DNA of 64,000 nucleotides from Antedon mediterranea (lineage: Eukaryota > Animalia > Echinodermata), in NCBI RefSeq assembly GCF_964355755.1, contig NC_092678.1, positions 5,720,422 to 5,784,421 of the forward strand, given 5' to 3'. Shown here piece by piece: positions 39,001-50,970 of the stretch. Within the stretch, counting starts at the first letter, position 1. Every line of letters begins with the position of its first letter. Position numbers and translations under genes: made by a program. Under the pieces are notes generated by a model. It made no database searches and was not told the origin of the DNA. It saw nothing but the letters and a program-made list of their open reading frames with translations.

Positions 39001-40894
39001 AAAAGATTTTATTTTTTTATTTATTTTTATTTATTTATTTTGATAGTGGTTTACACAGGCGTACAAACCAGGTCAATTTAAGAAACTGTAACAGTAATAA
39101 TAATCTAATGTTTATTTTTAGAATGATAACATTGGAAGTCGGGACAACATATGGAAAGGAAATTGGGATAAGAAGAACTTGGTAAGATTATCACAAAAGG
39201 CCTATAAAAAAGATCACTTATCACTGATATTTTATTTTTATATATTTTTTCACTGGATTTTAAATATTTAATATTAAGTAAATTAGTAATGGCTAAGTGA
39301 CATTAAAGAAACATGAACACTTTAGGCTACATGGGTTTTGCATGAACTCTCTGAGACTATTTTTAACTCCGTACCCTGGCAGTGGAGGCTACTGGCTCAT
39401 CAGGCAAAAATTTAGATTGAAATCATGATTCTTTATCAGTTTTCTAAAATAATTAAAAAAAATTACCTTTTGGAATATTATCACCATTAGTTGTGAAATC
39501 TGGTTCTGCTGTGGAAACTGGTTCTGCTGTGGAAACTGGTTCTTCTGTTGAATCTGGCGCTGATGTGGAGTCAGGTACTGCTGTGGAAAATGGTTCTGCT
39601 GTAGAAAATGGTTCTGCTGTAGAATATGGTTCTGCTGTAGACACTGGTTCTGCTGTGGAAACTGGTTCTGCTGTGGAAACTGGTTCTGCTGTGGAAAATG
39701 GTTGTGCTGTGGAAACTGGTGCTGCTGTGGAAAATAGTTCTGCCGTGGAAACTGCTTCTGCTGTTGAAAATGGTTCTGCTGTCGAAACTGGTTCTGTTGT
39801 CGAAACTGGTGCTTCTGTTGATTCTGGTACTGTTGTCATTTCTTCTGGTTCATTTGTGGTCACATCAATTTGTGAAGGAGTTGTGAATTGTGGTGGTAAA
39901 GTGGTATCTAGATTCAATGTAGTTCCAAAAGATGTTGTTGAGTCTTCACTCTCTGTTGTCATTGATGATGCAGTTGTTAATTCTGGAGCGATAGTAGTTG
40001 CTACATCATTACTTCCTAAAGTAGTTGCCATCATAGGTGTGGTAGCTTCGATTTCTGATACTTTAGTTGTACTTGCATCATCAGACAGTTGTGTTGTCAC
40101 AGACTCTGTTGTAACATGTGTTGAATCAGCAGTCGTTGTTTCAGCAGTTGTTGGCGCATCTGTTGTTTCATTTTCTGTCTCTGTTGTTTTGTCTTCTGAA
40201 CTAGTAGTAGTGTCATCAGTAGTTCCATCAGGTGCTGTTGTTGCTAAATTTGACGTACTAGACTTTGAAGATGTTACAGATTCACTGGTGTCTGTTTCTG
40301 TTGTTTTGTCTTCTGAACTAGGGGAAGTTCCATCAGGTGCTGTTGTTGCTAAATTTGACGTACTAGACTTTGAAGATGTTACAGAATCACTGGTGTCTGT
40401 TTCTGTTGTTTTGTCTTCTGAAGTAGGAGTAGTGTCATCAGTAGTTCCATCAGGTGCTGTTGTTGCTAAATTTGACGTACTAGACTTTGAAGATGTTACA
40501 GATTCACTGGTATCTGTTTCTGTTGTTTTGTCTTCTGAACTAGGGGTAGTTTCATCAGGTGCTGTTGTTGTTAAATTTGACGTACTAGACTTTGAAGATG
40601 TTACAGAATCACTGGTGTCTGTTTCTGTTGTTTTGTCTTCTGAATTAGGAGTAGTGTCATCAGTAGTTCCATCAGGTGCTGTTGTTGCTAAATTTGACGT
40701 ACTAGACTTTGAAGATGTTACAGATTCACTGGTGTCTGTTTCTGTTGTTTTGTCTTCTGAACTAGGGGTAGTTTCATCAGGTGCTGTTGTTGTTAAATTT
40801 GATGTACTAGACTTTGAAGATGTTACAGATTCAGTTTCTATACTAGTGGGTGTTACAGAGTCAGTTTGTGTATTTGTCACTAATGTTGTTCCTT
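20627..40894 (-). CDS. Type I transmembrane sialomucin, podocalyxin/CD34-family-like (partial model)
   Basis: Exons 40894-39467 (Ser/Thr/Glu mucin, phase 1-1), 31326-31243, 30031-29836 and 21010-20627 (TM plus tail) all have AG/GT sites. TM is GLFIAVIIIAVLSFIILFTGLVYIL followed by a basic stop-transfer RRRARR. The tail reads GYDNP..MNEKK..VPME..EVEDTHL*. The signal-peptide exon and two phase 1-to-0 bridging exons are not securely located. Confidence 0.8.
29836..30031 (-). CDS. Sialomucin internal exon (EADWPEKDLEFRNYMANII..KTRRRRQ..QFVVES)
   Basis: caattatag acceptor, cag|gtaggt donor, 196 nt; alpha/beta globular-looking segment containing a tetrabasic site. Confidence 0.82.
31243..31326 (-). 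CDS. Sialomucin internal exon (AVQNIHPDSLKDEDKTASVVSTEVKSMT)
   Basis: ttttttag acceptor, acg|gtaaga donor, 84 nt phase 0-0; joins in frame to the exon at 30031. Confidence 0.75.
31390..31590 (-). mobile_element. tRNA-derived SINE, most complete copy
   Basis: Minus strand has a tRNA-like head (ttaacatgcttgccttccaa..gggttcactcc, B-box-like) followed by the shared body. Confidence 0.78.
33187..33211. mobile_element. 25-bp palindromic P-element-like footprint with 7-bp TSD
   Basis: ctattac|CATGGAGGTATAATATACCTCCATG|ctattac. Confidence 0.65.
33257..33882. mobile_element. Kolobok-like MITE, copy 1 (626 bp, TTAA TSD)
   Basis: ttaa|agccccattccctac ... gcagggaaggggtct|ttaa; highly similar to the copy at 36043. 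Confidence 0.88.
34850..35000 (+). mobile_element. Ancient SINE remnant with a Nin-like core
   Basis: ggttcaattcagctgtgtaaatgaatacctg resembles a B box plus the CAGCTGTAAATGGGTACC core of Nin-domain SINEs. Confidence 0.4.
35154..35223. repeat. Short foldback element
   Basis: tgatggtacaaataatttcatg ... catgaagttatttgtaccatca, 22-bp inverted arms with one mismatch. Confidence 0.65.
36043..36618. mobile_element. Kolobok-like MITE, copy 2 (576 bp, perfect 15-bp TIR, TTAA TSD)
   Basis: ttaa|agacaccttccctac ... gtagggaaggtgtct|ttaa; AG..CT termini with TTAA TSD are typical of Kolobok; lacks an internal block of about 30 bp present in copy 1. Confidence 0.9.
39467..40894 (-). CDS. Mucin-domain exon of the sialomucin (1428 nt)
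   Basis: catcttcag acceptor at 40897-40895, aag|gtaatt donor at 39466; open, very rich in T/S/E/P, with 35/39-aa and 6-aa repeats. Confidence 0.88.
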
Positions 40895-43800
40895 CTGAAG
40901 ATGCATAGCCAATTATAAGCAAAACTAAAAGGCATTTAACTGAAAGGAAGTCTGGAAAAAAAAGGAAGAAGATTAATTATTTATTGGTATCATTTGTTAT
41001 TTTTTTATATTCTGTGATGAATACTGTCTGTAGTATGAACACGATAATTAATCTACCCAAAAAAAAAATGTATGGGGCTGGGCAGCAAAGTTAAAAATCT
41101 TACCTGCTTTCTCGTTGACATTTTAAGAAGTTTTATGTTAGAAAAGAATATTCTATTAAATTATAATTTAATATGTCACCTATATATTGTAATACAGATG
41201 TGTATGTATATACAGGAGTACGTTATGGCAATTTTAATCTACTATGCATATTGGAAGTTCTGTTTAAGTAACTGCTACTGAAGTAGTGACCTCATCAATT
41301 TGATCATGGAGTAATATTCCATTTGATTAATTAACCTTGATAATTAACACTTTGTTCAATTAATTATTAATGCTTAATTATCTGGCTTAATTGAGCAGAA
41401 ATCTACAATAAACTACAAATAACAATGTCTGATGGATTTTTAGTTTTCTTCAGGAGTAGGTAAATCCAGGTAAAACTGATCATGAAAAGTGACTTAAAAG
41501 CAGTACTTTTGTTGTACAAAAAAACATTTTAAAAGGCATTCCTTCCAAGAAAAATAACTTATTATAGAAGGATATTTAAACTTTTCTATGCAAATATCAT
41601 TTTAAATATTTTAGAATTCCATTGATAAGTCAGCTCTGGAAATATGACTTATTTGGACATAAATTGATATTTAAACTGTGCTAACTGCAACAGCATGCTT
41701 AGCATTGCTACAGGCTCCTGTCATAATCCCTATTTGATAATGTACAGATTAGGGGTCACAGCTAAACCCAGATTTTACTGGCTTACAAAAATATTTGAAG
41801 TAGAAATTTACATCCAATTAAAAAATGTTTAATTTTTCATCTAGGATTTTAAATTTTGATATTTGAAATAAAACGTCGAACGGCCGTAAATAAAAATGAT
41901 TTATTTAAAATCATAGTGAAAAATGTGTTTATCGCATGATTAATCACTAAAATTTAATAGAAAAGTAGGCCTATATAATAAATATTTTACTTTATCTAAT
42001 TATTGTTCATAAATGATAGGATTGTGTCATAAGAAAGAAGTGAAACACCTGCTTCAATCTGCAATTTGACATGACAATAGGAACAGAGTTCTGTATGGAC
42101 AAAGACAGTTCCTGACATCAACAATGACAACAACAATTCACAATAGCCCTCAGCATTGCTTTCTTGCATTGCAGAAGTTTTTATGGCATTATTACAAATC
42201 TTAATAATACAAAAAATATAAAAATAGTTTATTACTCGTACATTCGTGACACTAAAATGAATGAATTATTTTTAAATAATTAGTTTCACGACTTTTTAGA
42301 CATTATATTAAGTCTGGTTGCTATTTTACACACCTCAGAACATTCACGACTTGGATAATGATATAATAATTCTTTGCATTATTTTTAACTGAATGCAACC
42401 ATTTTTTTTCCAGTAAATTTTAGTTTAAAAAAATCATGCAGCTCCAAAATTGATTTTTGTCCTCTTTAAATGTCTTAAAGGGGAGCTCCGGTTATAACAT
42501 TTTTCTTGTTTATTATAAAATATACCCCTTGGCAACTACATTGATTAACCCACTTATTTTTCATCAACGAAATTTTATACTTTATACATTGAAGTTTATG
42601 GTTGTTTATATAAGGACCAGGATGTTGCGTTCAAATTTAAAGCTTCTAGTAGACAAACATTTAAGAGATTTCTCACAATCTTAACTATTTTAAAGAAAAA
42701 ATAATTTTACTTATAATATAAAAAAACTACAAATTGCAATTAAAAAAAATATTCAGAAGACATAATTACGTTCAAGTTCAAGTTCAAGTTCAAGTTCAAA
42801 TTTATTCACATAATGCAAACATATACAAAATATAAAAGATACAAGTGGATACGTAACATTAAGAAATAGACTAATGTCTAATAAACACACTGCAGTGAGT
42901 GAACACTATTTTAACAGGTTCAGTATATAATTAGACATGTATCTTGTGATAACATTATTCAAAATTACAATTAATACTTTGTAATAGAGTATATTCATAA
43001 TTAATAAGGAAATTTGAATCCATTAAATTGATATTTGTTGTTAAAATAAACCACTCGTATTCTTTGGCTATTAAATTACTGTAATAATCTTTGCTTACAA
43101 ACAAGTATCATAATATTAATAGTTTTTTTTTAAATATTAATAATATATGTATGGTAGCAGTAAACAGAAAGTAGTTAATTTACAGTTGAGTAAGGTGTCA
43201 TGGTGCAATAATGATTGTACAGTATAACATTAAGCGTGTGGCCTGGTACAGAGAGTCACATGGCTCATGAGGCAATCAGGTGATGATTCGTTTTGGATTT
43301 CACGGCAAACAATTGTATCGTGAAAACAGAATAGTTAAATTCATTGTTGAATGAAAAGTATTTCACTTTTAAATCAGAAACCATTTAGGAATTTCACTTA
43401 AGTGGTATTTTCATTAGATCTGAGAATGTTTTACTTTACTTACTAAAGCATTTCCCTTTAGCTTTAGTACGAGATGAATATGGCCATAATATAATACCAA
43501 TCACACACTTAAATTAAGTGATATATTTTCTTTAAACACCATTTCACTTAAGACAATAAAAGAATTTCTCTTAGGTGATATTTATTTTTTCTACCCTTTC
43601 GCCAGTGTGAATGTAGAATAAGGCCACAGAATTTCAGGTCAAGTTTGATTTACATTTTAAAAACATTTCCAGAATTTCAAACGTTAAATTGTTATAACTT
43701 TGTTCATTAAAATATCATTTGTATTAAAATCAAAGTATGTTTTAAGGAATTGGATTCTCAGTAAGCATACAACCTCAGATGACCTGTAAGAAACCGTCTA

Positions 43801-46800
43801 CCAGTGTGATGCCTTATTAAACGCATCTGAGGTACACTTTAGGACAAACATCACCCCGGGACTCATAGACCCTTGTCTGCTTCTATTAATACAAGCTAGT
43901 TGATCATAACATGATTATGATTAACTCATAGACAAACAGGAATTTGGCAAAAGAGTATAACAAAAGGATTGAACTATGTCTTTGTCTATGTACTTTGATT
44001 CCTGTAAATCTATCAACTGGTAATATTAATGTGTTTGTTATTCCAAGAAGTCAAACCCACAATCATTATTAATATTTTAACAAATAATATCAACAATATT
44101 GTCTATATTTGCAGGTCAATATCAGCAATATAATATATACAGTATATATATATATACAGTATATATACAGTATATATACAGTATGTATATAAATCCAAAG
44201 GCAAATTACTGAAAAAATGACAATGCTGTGGGTATCACAGTATATATATATATATATATATATACTATCATTAAATATATAATAATTAAATAAATGCTAT
44301 TTTTATCAATGTTGACGTTGGCAACAAGATAATTAAATCAAAATTAATTAATCCTGAGTTAACACTTTCTCTAATTCAAAGCTTGAAATTCAACTTTAGC
44401 AAATTTCGAGTAATTTTTCGTTATAAAACAAAAATAGCTATTTCTTACTGGTTTTAATTTGTGAAAATATATTTACTTTTAGTATTACTTTCTTATTCAT
44501 TACTAGTTACCTTTATGTTCAGACCTTACATCTATGTAAAGTTACGTCAAACATGAAATTAAATGTGCATGTTACTTCTGATGAACATTCACAAAATGCT
44601 TTATAAGGCACATTACACCATTTTCAAAGTTTGTTTCGTTTATTTTCCACTCATTAAAATGAATTTAAACAAACACACATATAGAGTGTATAATATAGGA
44701 GTGGAAGTAGGGCCTACAGTAGATGCAAATTTGGTGGAAGTGAACAGTGGCGACCATGTTTAACTCATATTATTTGCTGGTGAAATAACTGTGCCTACAC
44801 AATTCTAGTTCGCTAGCACGTATCCATTCCTTGTGTATGCAGTAATAGCATATTTACACCTAAGACTGTAGGAAGATTGAAGTAACTTAGTAACTTGTGA
44901 TTATGCAATACAGCACTTTGCGTTTCTGCGTTGCGATTATAGTGGGAACCACGCTTTAATCATTGCCAAAAAGTGCTAAATTGGGCTGCTAATTTGTCTA
45001 GAATAAGATTTCTATAAATGTCTAGCCCTGCTAATAAATATACAGTACATTTTAGGGTATGACAGTTAAATGGGCAAAGGAAGAACAGCAATTTAGTTAA
45101 TCCATTTTTTTCCCCACAAATAAATTTATTTATGATGCATTGCAACTCATAAAGTTACAACTCTTAAATAATTTGTAATAAAGAACAGTACTGTACTACA
45201 TATTACTACACCCAACAGATTTATCTACTACCGTCAGCATCACAGGAGAATGATTGTATTAAACTGTACCACTTTGGAACCACACCCAAGACAAGGTGAT
45301 TTTAAATAGGACAACATGTGCAGTGAAGGTTGCTCAATTCAATTTGTACAATACCTTACAAATGCTGGTACATCAAAACATGGTTCGTAGAAATTCATTG
45401 AACTTTGATGCAATTTAATTGACGTACTGTAAAAGGTAAATGACTTGATAGTATTGTACATGCGTTACTGTTTCTTGGTAACAAGTCTTCTCGCGATCCC
45501 CGGTCATCCAATATTACGAAACAATACATTCTACCCTTGGGGTCACGCTACATAGTTTAAACTTCCTCCAAATCAAGTTGAACACATTTTTTACATATGA
45601 ATCTATGAATGAAATTGTTATAGGGTTCTTATTGGTCGATTCAGATGACCCATCTAGGTGACCTAAGGATGATTACTATATTATTGTTAGGCATTGTGTT
45701 ACCTCAGCCAACTTTTAGTTAGGATCTACCATGTGATACAAACCCTGTAGGCTGTAGACATCAAATGGTTTAATATCATATTTTACAGTTTAAACATATA
45801 TGGACATGATGATGTCACACCACTACCATATTTGGGTATATCACTCCCATATTTTGGCTAAAATAGCACTTCCAGTGTACTCATTCTCTACAGTTAAACT
45901 TCTCTTAGAATTTGGAAAGTTGACAAATATATTTTAAAGATCAGCTCTATTTGTCTGTTATAACTACAGAGAATCATCTACAGTATTGTGATTGCCAAGG
46001 ACCATTTAAAATGTTTTTCCATGATTTATCGTGAAGTTTCTCTAAAACATTTAAACAGAAAATGTTGCGTCTGAATTTAGTATTGTATTAAGTCTTACAT
46101 GTAGGACAATGATTTTCTTGTAAATTAGGCCATAACACTACACTTGTGAAATGGTAACAATGGATCTACAGAGGATAAAATTACATATCAAATTTGAGAT
46201 AATTAATATACAAGATCAATAATTACAACCAATTATCACTTTCATGGTAAGGCCAAACATCTGAATGAAACCTAATTGTTTTAACAAATCTTAATCTTTT
46301 TTTCTTTCAAGTTACTTGATAACTTCAAATTTCTGTTATTCATGCCAAGAATTACCATAGCAACGTAAAAATCAACTTTTTGGTAAGTATGCAACGAAAA
46401 AGAGATGCTTCAACTCTGGAACATTTCGGCCCTGGATGTTTTTACCCAAACAGCTGGTATGTTTTGTCCCAATTTAGAGAGTTTTAGTTTTAAGGTGGTG
46501 ATTGGGGACAGGGGGTTGGGAGGCGTCATAATTAGGAAATCCTAAGCAAGCAGCAACCTCAAACTTGGCATCAACTGAAAAAGTGCAATGCAATGTATTA
46601 TTTATGGTATTGTACACATATAGGCCTACTGTAGCAGTATAATTAAATAGCAGGATGCTATTATTAGTTGATTACAATCATGATTTTATTCCATCACCAA
46701 CCAGGATGTCTGCTTTTCACATTTCTAAGAAGATGTTCAATTTTTTATGAACTACAGTATGAATTCCTGCCATCTGGCTTTGAGATGGAGTTTATTCAGG

Positions 46801-48837
46801 AGGTATTACAATTGAGATTAACTGAATTAGTAAAATTAATGTTATCTACCGTAACACTAACAGTACAATATGTTTATGTGACATGATTTTTTTCTCTAGA
46901 AGAAAAAGTACAGTATTCTCATAAAAGTGCTGACAATGACATGGAGTAAAAAATAATAATAAAAATAGTTGGTGACCTTTACCAATAATTAGATGCAAGC
47001 ACCCTACCAACCCTCTTTTACATCTATATCTATCTAGTAATCTACGACAAAATAATCCTTCTTTTAGTATGCCCATTTAATGATTGTCTATGTACAGTGG
47101 ACACATATTTGAATCAACACTCTCCCATGTCTCAACTTTTTATGTGATTAATTCAGTAGGCCAAATTATGATTTTAGGGTATTTGATCTGTTTATAAGGG
47201 TGTGGAACCATTATATAGAGGTGTACTTATTTCACAACTGCGTAATTGGAATATCTTAGGATTGAAGGTATCTCATTGACCTATGACACTCGCATAAAAA
47301 TGACACATGTTTAGAATTGGCTGTAATCTAGTCAAGTAAAACCAACTTAATTGAATTCTCGAGAGAAGGGTTTTCATTTATTTTAAACAGTCAAGCATGG
47401 TATGGAAGGCATGCAGATTACGATACTAAATGGCCGTATCACGTAGTTTAGGAAACAAAACAATGACTAAACTATACTGTTATTTTATATTCATGGGAAA
47501 GTAAATAATGATCATCAACACGCCAGGCATCAACAGCTTGCTGATAATATCAATGTACAACAATACCATTCATCTTTGTACGTATTGGTAGTAATTATTA
47601 TAGAGTGGATTTTTTACCACACCATCATTAGTGATAATGGTGGTGCAATATTAACCCAATCAATTATTTGTAATGGTAAGTAATGTATTTTATATAATAA
47701 ATCTGTTTATGTATGCATTTATAATCATTTTACTTGATAAATAAAAAGAAATATAAACAGTAAATAATTAATACAAAAGAATGGCTTGATTTATGAATAT
47801 TTTTGTTATAGTCAAAGATCAATACAAAAAAAGGTCTGGTACAGACAGGGTCACCCGTCCCATGAAATGCTTGATGGAATTTTGTGGGGTCGAGCCATTA
47901 CAATTCTTTCCTTAATTCATACATTGTATATACATTATTTTACAACTCCCTGGTATATATTAGTTGATATTGATGATATGCAGCAGAAACAGGGCCTATG
48001 AGTACGATCACCATATTTTGTTTTCTTGTGTGTATAGAACTGAGAATTTGTAGAGCTTTATTAGAGGTGATAAACTTTAAAAGGGAATCCTAGCTCCACA
48101 GAATTGTGAGGGTGGGGGAATGGGGGTGAGATATACTGTACTGTAATTATTACACACATGATATATGATTAATATGATTAACAGCAATACTTGGGCATAT
48201 TGATGATGATTATTAAAAAAAGGAATGGACTACAAATATTTTAGTACTTCATATTAAGGGTCTAATAAATAGTAAAATTATTAATATCAAGTTTAGATAT
48301 TTTGTTTAGTTAGAAGTGGAAATTAATTGCAATTTCAACCATGCTTAAACTTTTTAAATATCTGGGACATGTAAACAACATAGCAATATAGACAGGTTAT
48401 AATAATTAATATATTATTAATAGGCCTGCAGCATTTAATATAAAAATATTCAAATTTATATAATATATAAAATAATGTATGTAGAAGAATCAATGAAATG
48501 CACTTCAACTCCTTTCATATAAATAATTAATAGCAAGTAGGCCATGAGTACATTTTGAAATATAAACACTTTTGATAAGTTATCAAGTGATGCAACAACA
48601 AAAACAATACGAATATTGGAATATCGTCATATTGAGGTCAAACAAAACAAGACAGCATGTTGAGAGGATCGACGACCACCCGATGAGAGGTAGTCTGAAC
48701 GTCAACGACTTGAAGTCTTCCGACTAATCACATTAAAACAGGTTTTGGTTACTATGTGATTCGTGAAGCTAAATTTTAAATGATAAAGAATTTAATTAAT
48801 AGCCTAGTTAAAGAAAATTTATGAATTCAAAACTTAC

Positions 48838-49230
48838 ATAAATATCGCGAAGAATGCATTATGCTGACAATCTGCACCGAAGGATCAGAGGATGATAAGC
48901 AACTTCCGTGCTCGCTTCTTTTCCACAGCTGAACTTATTGATTGGATAAAATTAATCCGTCATCGGTGGTACCACCACACTTTGAAAAAAAAGATGCAAC
49001 GATAATCCTATGGATGTAAATAAAATCCTAAGAAATCAGAACACAAAAGAGGTTTAGTCAAATTGGTAACATGAATTAATCCAACTTCGTAGGCCTATAC
49101 CGTCTCTAGTGTGTTCCCGCGAAATGAAAGAGCACTAACAAACTGCACAGCACAGCATGCTGCGCCAAATTAAAACAGGAGCGATATAGCACGATGGTTC
49201 TTTCTGATTGGTTAATATTCAACCAATCCG
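48838..49230 (-). promoter_or_regulatory. Probable promoter and first exon of the sialomucin gene
   Basis: CpG-richer patch; inverted pair of CCAAT boxes (gattggttaatattcaaccaatc, about 49206-49228); minus-strand donor tat|gtaagt at 48837, preceded by ATG-CAT-TCT-TCG-CGA-TAT-TTA (ATG at 48859). Linkage to the mucin exon is inferred. Confidence 0.45.
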
Positions 49231-49329
49231 AATACAGAATACTAGTGTATAGGCCTAAAGTATTACGTAATATTATTATTACTTGTTAGTTATCCAAGCA
49301 AGCCTGCGGATAATTTTATTTAACAATTA

Positions 49330-49905
49330 TGTCATTTCAACAATATTTCAAGAGGGTGGTCCATCCAGCCGAAGCTGATCATTAGGGACCTTAAAAAATA
49401 CAAAATGGCAACATAAACATTCAATTAAAATAAATATAATTTATAATATAAAGATACAAAAAAATAAAATAAAGCACAAAAAAAATAGAATACAAAATAA
49501 GATAATTAAATTAAATTAAATTGGCCATCTCAGAATAAAGGATAGGAAAAAGGAATTGAGCAAAAATTTGAAGGAAGAATAAGATGAAGCAAGTCGGATA
49601 TCTAAAAAAAGAGAATTTTAAAAATTGGAGCATTAAAGCTAAAAGACTGTTTGAAATGTTTCAAGTAAGGTCTGTGTATAAGGAGATCACCATTAGTGAT
49701 CTGCCGTGTGGCCATTCAATTGAGAGACAGACTAAGGAGCAAGGTTATGGAAAGCTTTAAAAGTAAGACAGCCAAGTTGATGTCGATATGTTTGGAAGAG
49801 AAAGGGTATTAGCAATGATGAAGTGAAAAGAAGTTAAATGAGTTGTAGGAGGAAGATGGAGAAGGATACGAATCGATTTAAGATAGAGATTTCTCAATTA
49901 TTTTA
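49330..49905 (-). mobile_element. Degenerate 3' end of an L2/CR1-group LINE
   Basis: Minus strand reads LGCLTFKAFHNLAP...NSL..DIRLASSYSSFK, a typical ORF2 C-terminus; similar 3' tail hairpins (agctgatcatta..ggacc) recur near 50440 and 50670. Confidence 0.6.
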
Positions 49906-50955
49906 ATTTCACGTACGGTATCTACCCTGTCGGTCCTACTAGGTCTAGATCTATCTAATCATGGAGGTATGATCTAATCTATCTACAAACATTGTTTTAA
50001 TCATTTTGAACAACACAACCACAACAGTAATGCCGTCGACAACATGCGTATGCGCGTAAAAGTTCTCACAAATTAGCATATTTGAAGATTAAATAATAAT
50101 TTTATAGGCTACAGTATTGCGTTATGTCCACTATTGTAGTTGATAGTAGCCCTATTTGCTGAAACCATCCTAAGAATTTTTTCATTCACGATTGTATATT
50201 AATTCATTGTTAAATTTATATCTTAACCACAGAGTATTTCCAAGATGATATCTCATTGACTAGATAATATGGAGGTACGTTTGTATTGCATTGTTTTGTT
50301 TTTTAAACTAAATGAACGAACAAAGTATTTGAAAGAAAAATAAGTTTATTTGATTAGATTTTGATTTGAAAATCATCATAAAAAATACATATACAAAGTG
50401 AAATACGGACATTACAAATAATACATTTATAACAGATTTTCCAGGATAGCCCAAACAGCTTATTAGCTTATTTCTATTGGGACCCTTTTACAGCCTAAAA
50501 TAAAAAATATAAAAGTTACAAAGTATTTCTTTAAACATGTAAATATAACAAAAACAATAATATAATAAAACAAGTTAAATTAAAAGACTATGATTGACTT
50601 ATAGTTAAAGCGATTTATGAATAAAATACAATGGAGCCAAGTGATAGAATTTATTTTATTTCAACAGTATTTTAGCTGAAGCTGATCATTATGGACCCTC
50701 ACAAAAATACAATATGACGAGAAATACATATGTAACAATAACAATTAAATTAAAATAAATAGAATGTATTAATTATTAATTATTGCATCATTCGTCTTCA
50801 TTTGTACAAATTAATACTCTTTTAGTTGATGTGTATTTTTTTTAATGCATCTCTATTCGTTTTGAAACGTTATATTAATAGGGTGCTCCGTATATCCTGC
50901 CATTATTGGGAATAAAGCAGATGTCGCCGCATGCAAATCTGAAAGTGCTGTTTTT

Positions 50956-50970
50956 TGCGGGAAATTTGAA
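50956..50970 (+). promoter_or_regulatory. E2F/CDE-CHR composite cell-cycle promoter motif
   Basis: TGCGGGAAATTTGAA: E2F site GCGGGAAA overlapping a CDE-like TGCGG, 4 nt before the CHR TTTGAA; a donor ctt|gtaagt follows at 51168. Confidence 0.45.

Noticed and set aside
39493-40908. 471-aa plus-strand Val/Ser/Gly-rich ORF
   Set aside because: It is the antisense shadow of the Thr/Ser/Pro mucin codons; splice sites and gene context support the minus strand.
43927-43990. catagacaaa...tttgtctatg mini-element as a fifth P-like footprint
   Set aside because: It has a 10-bp inverted repeat but no matching flanking direct repeat.
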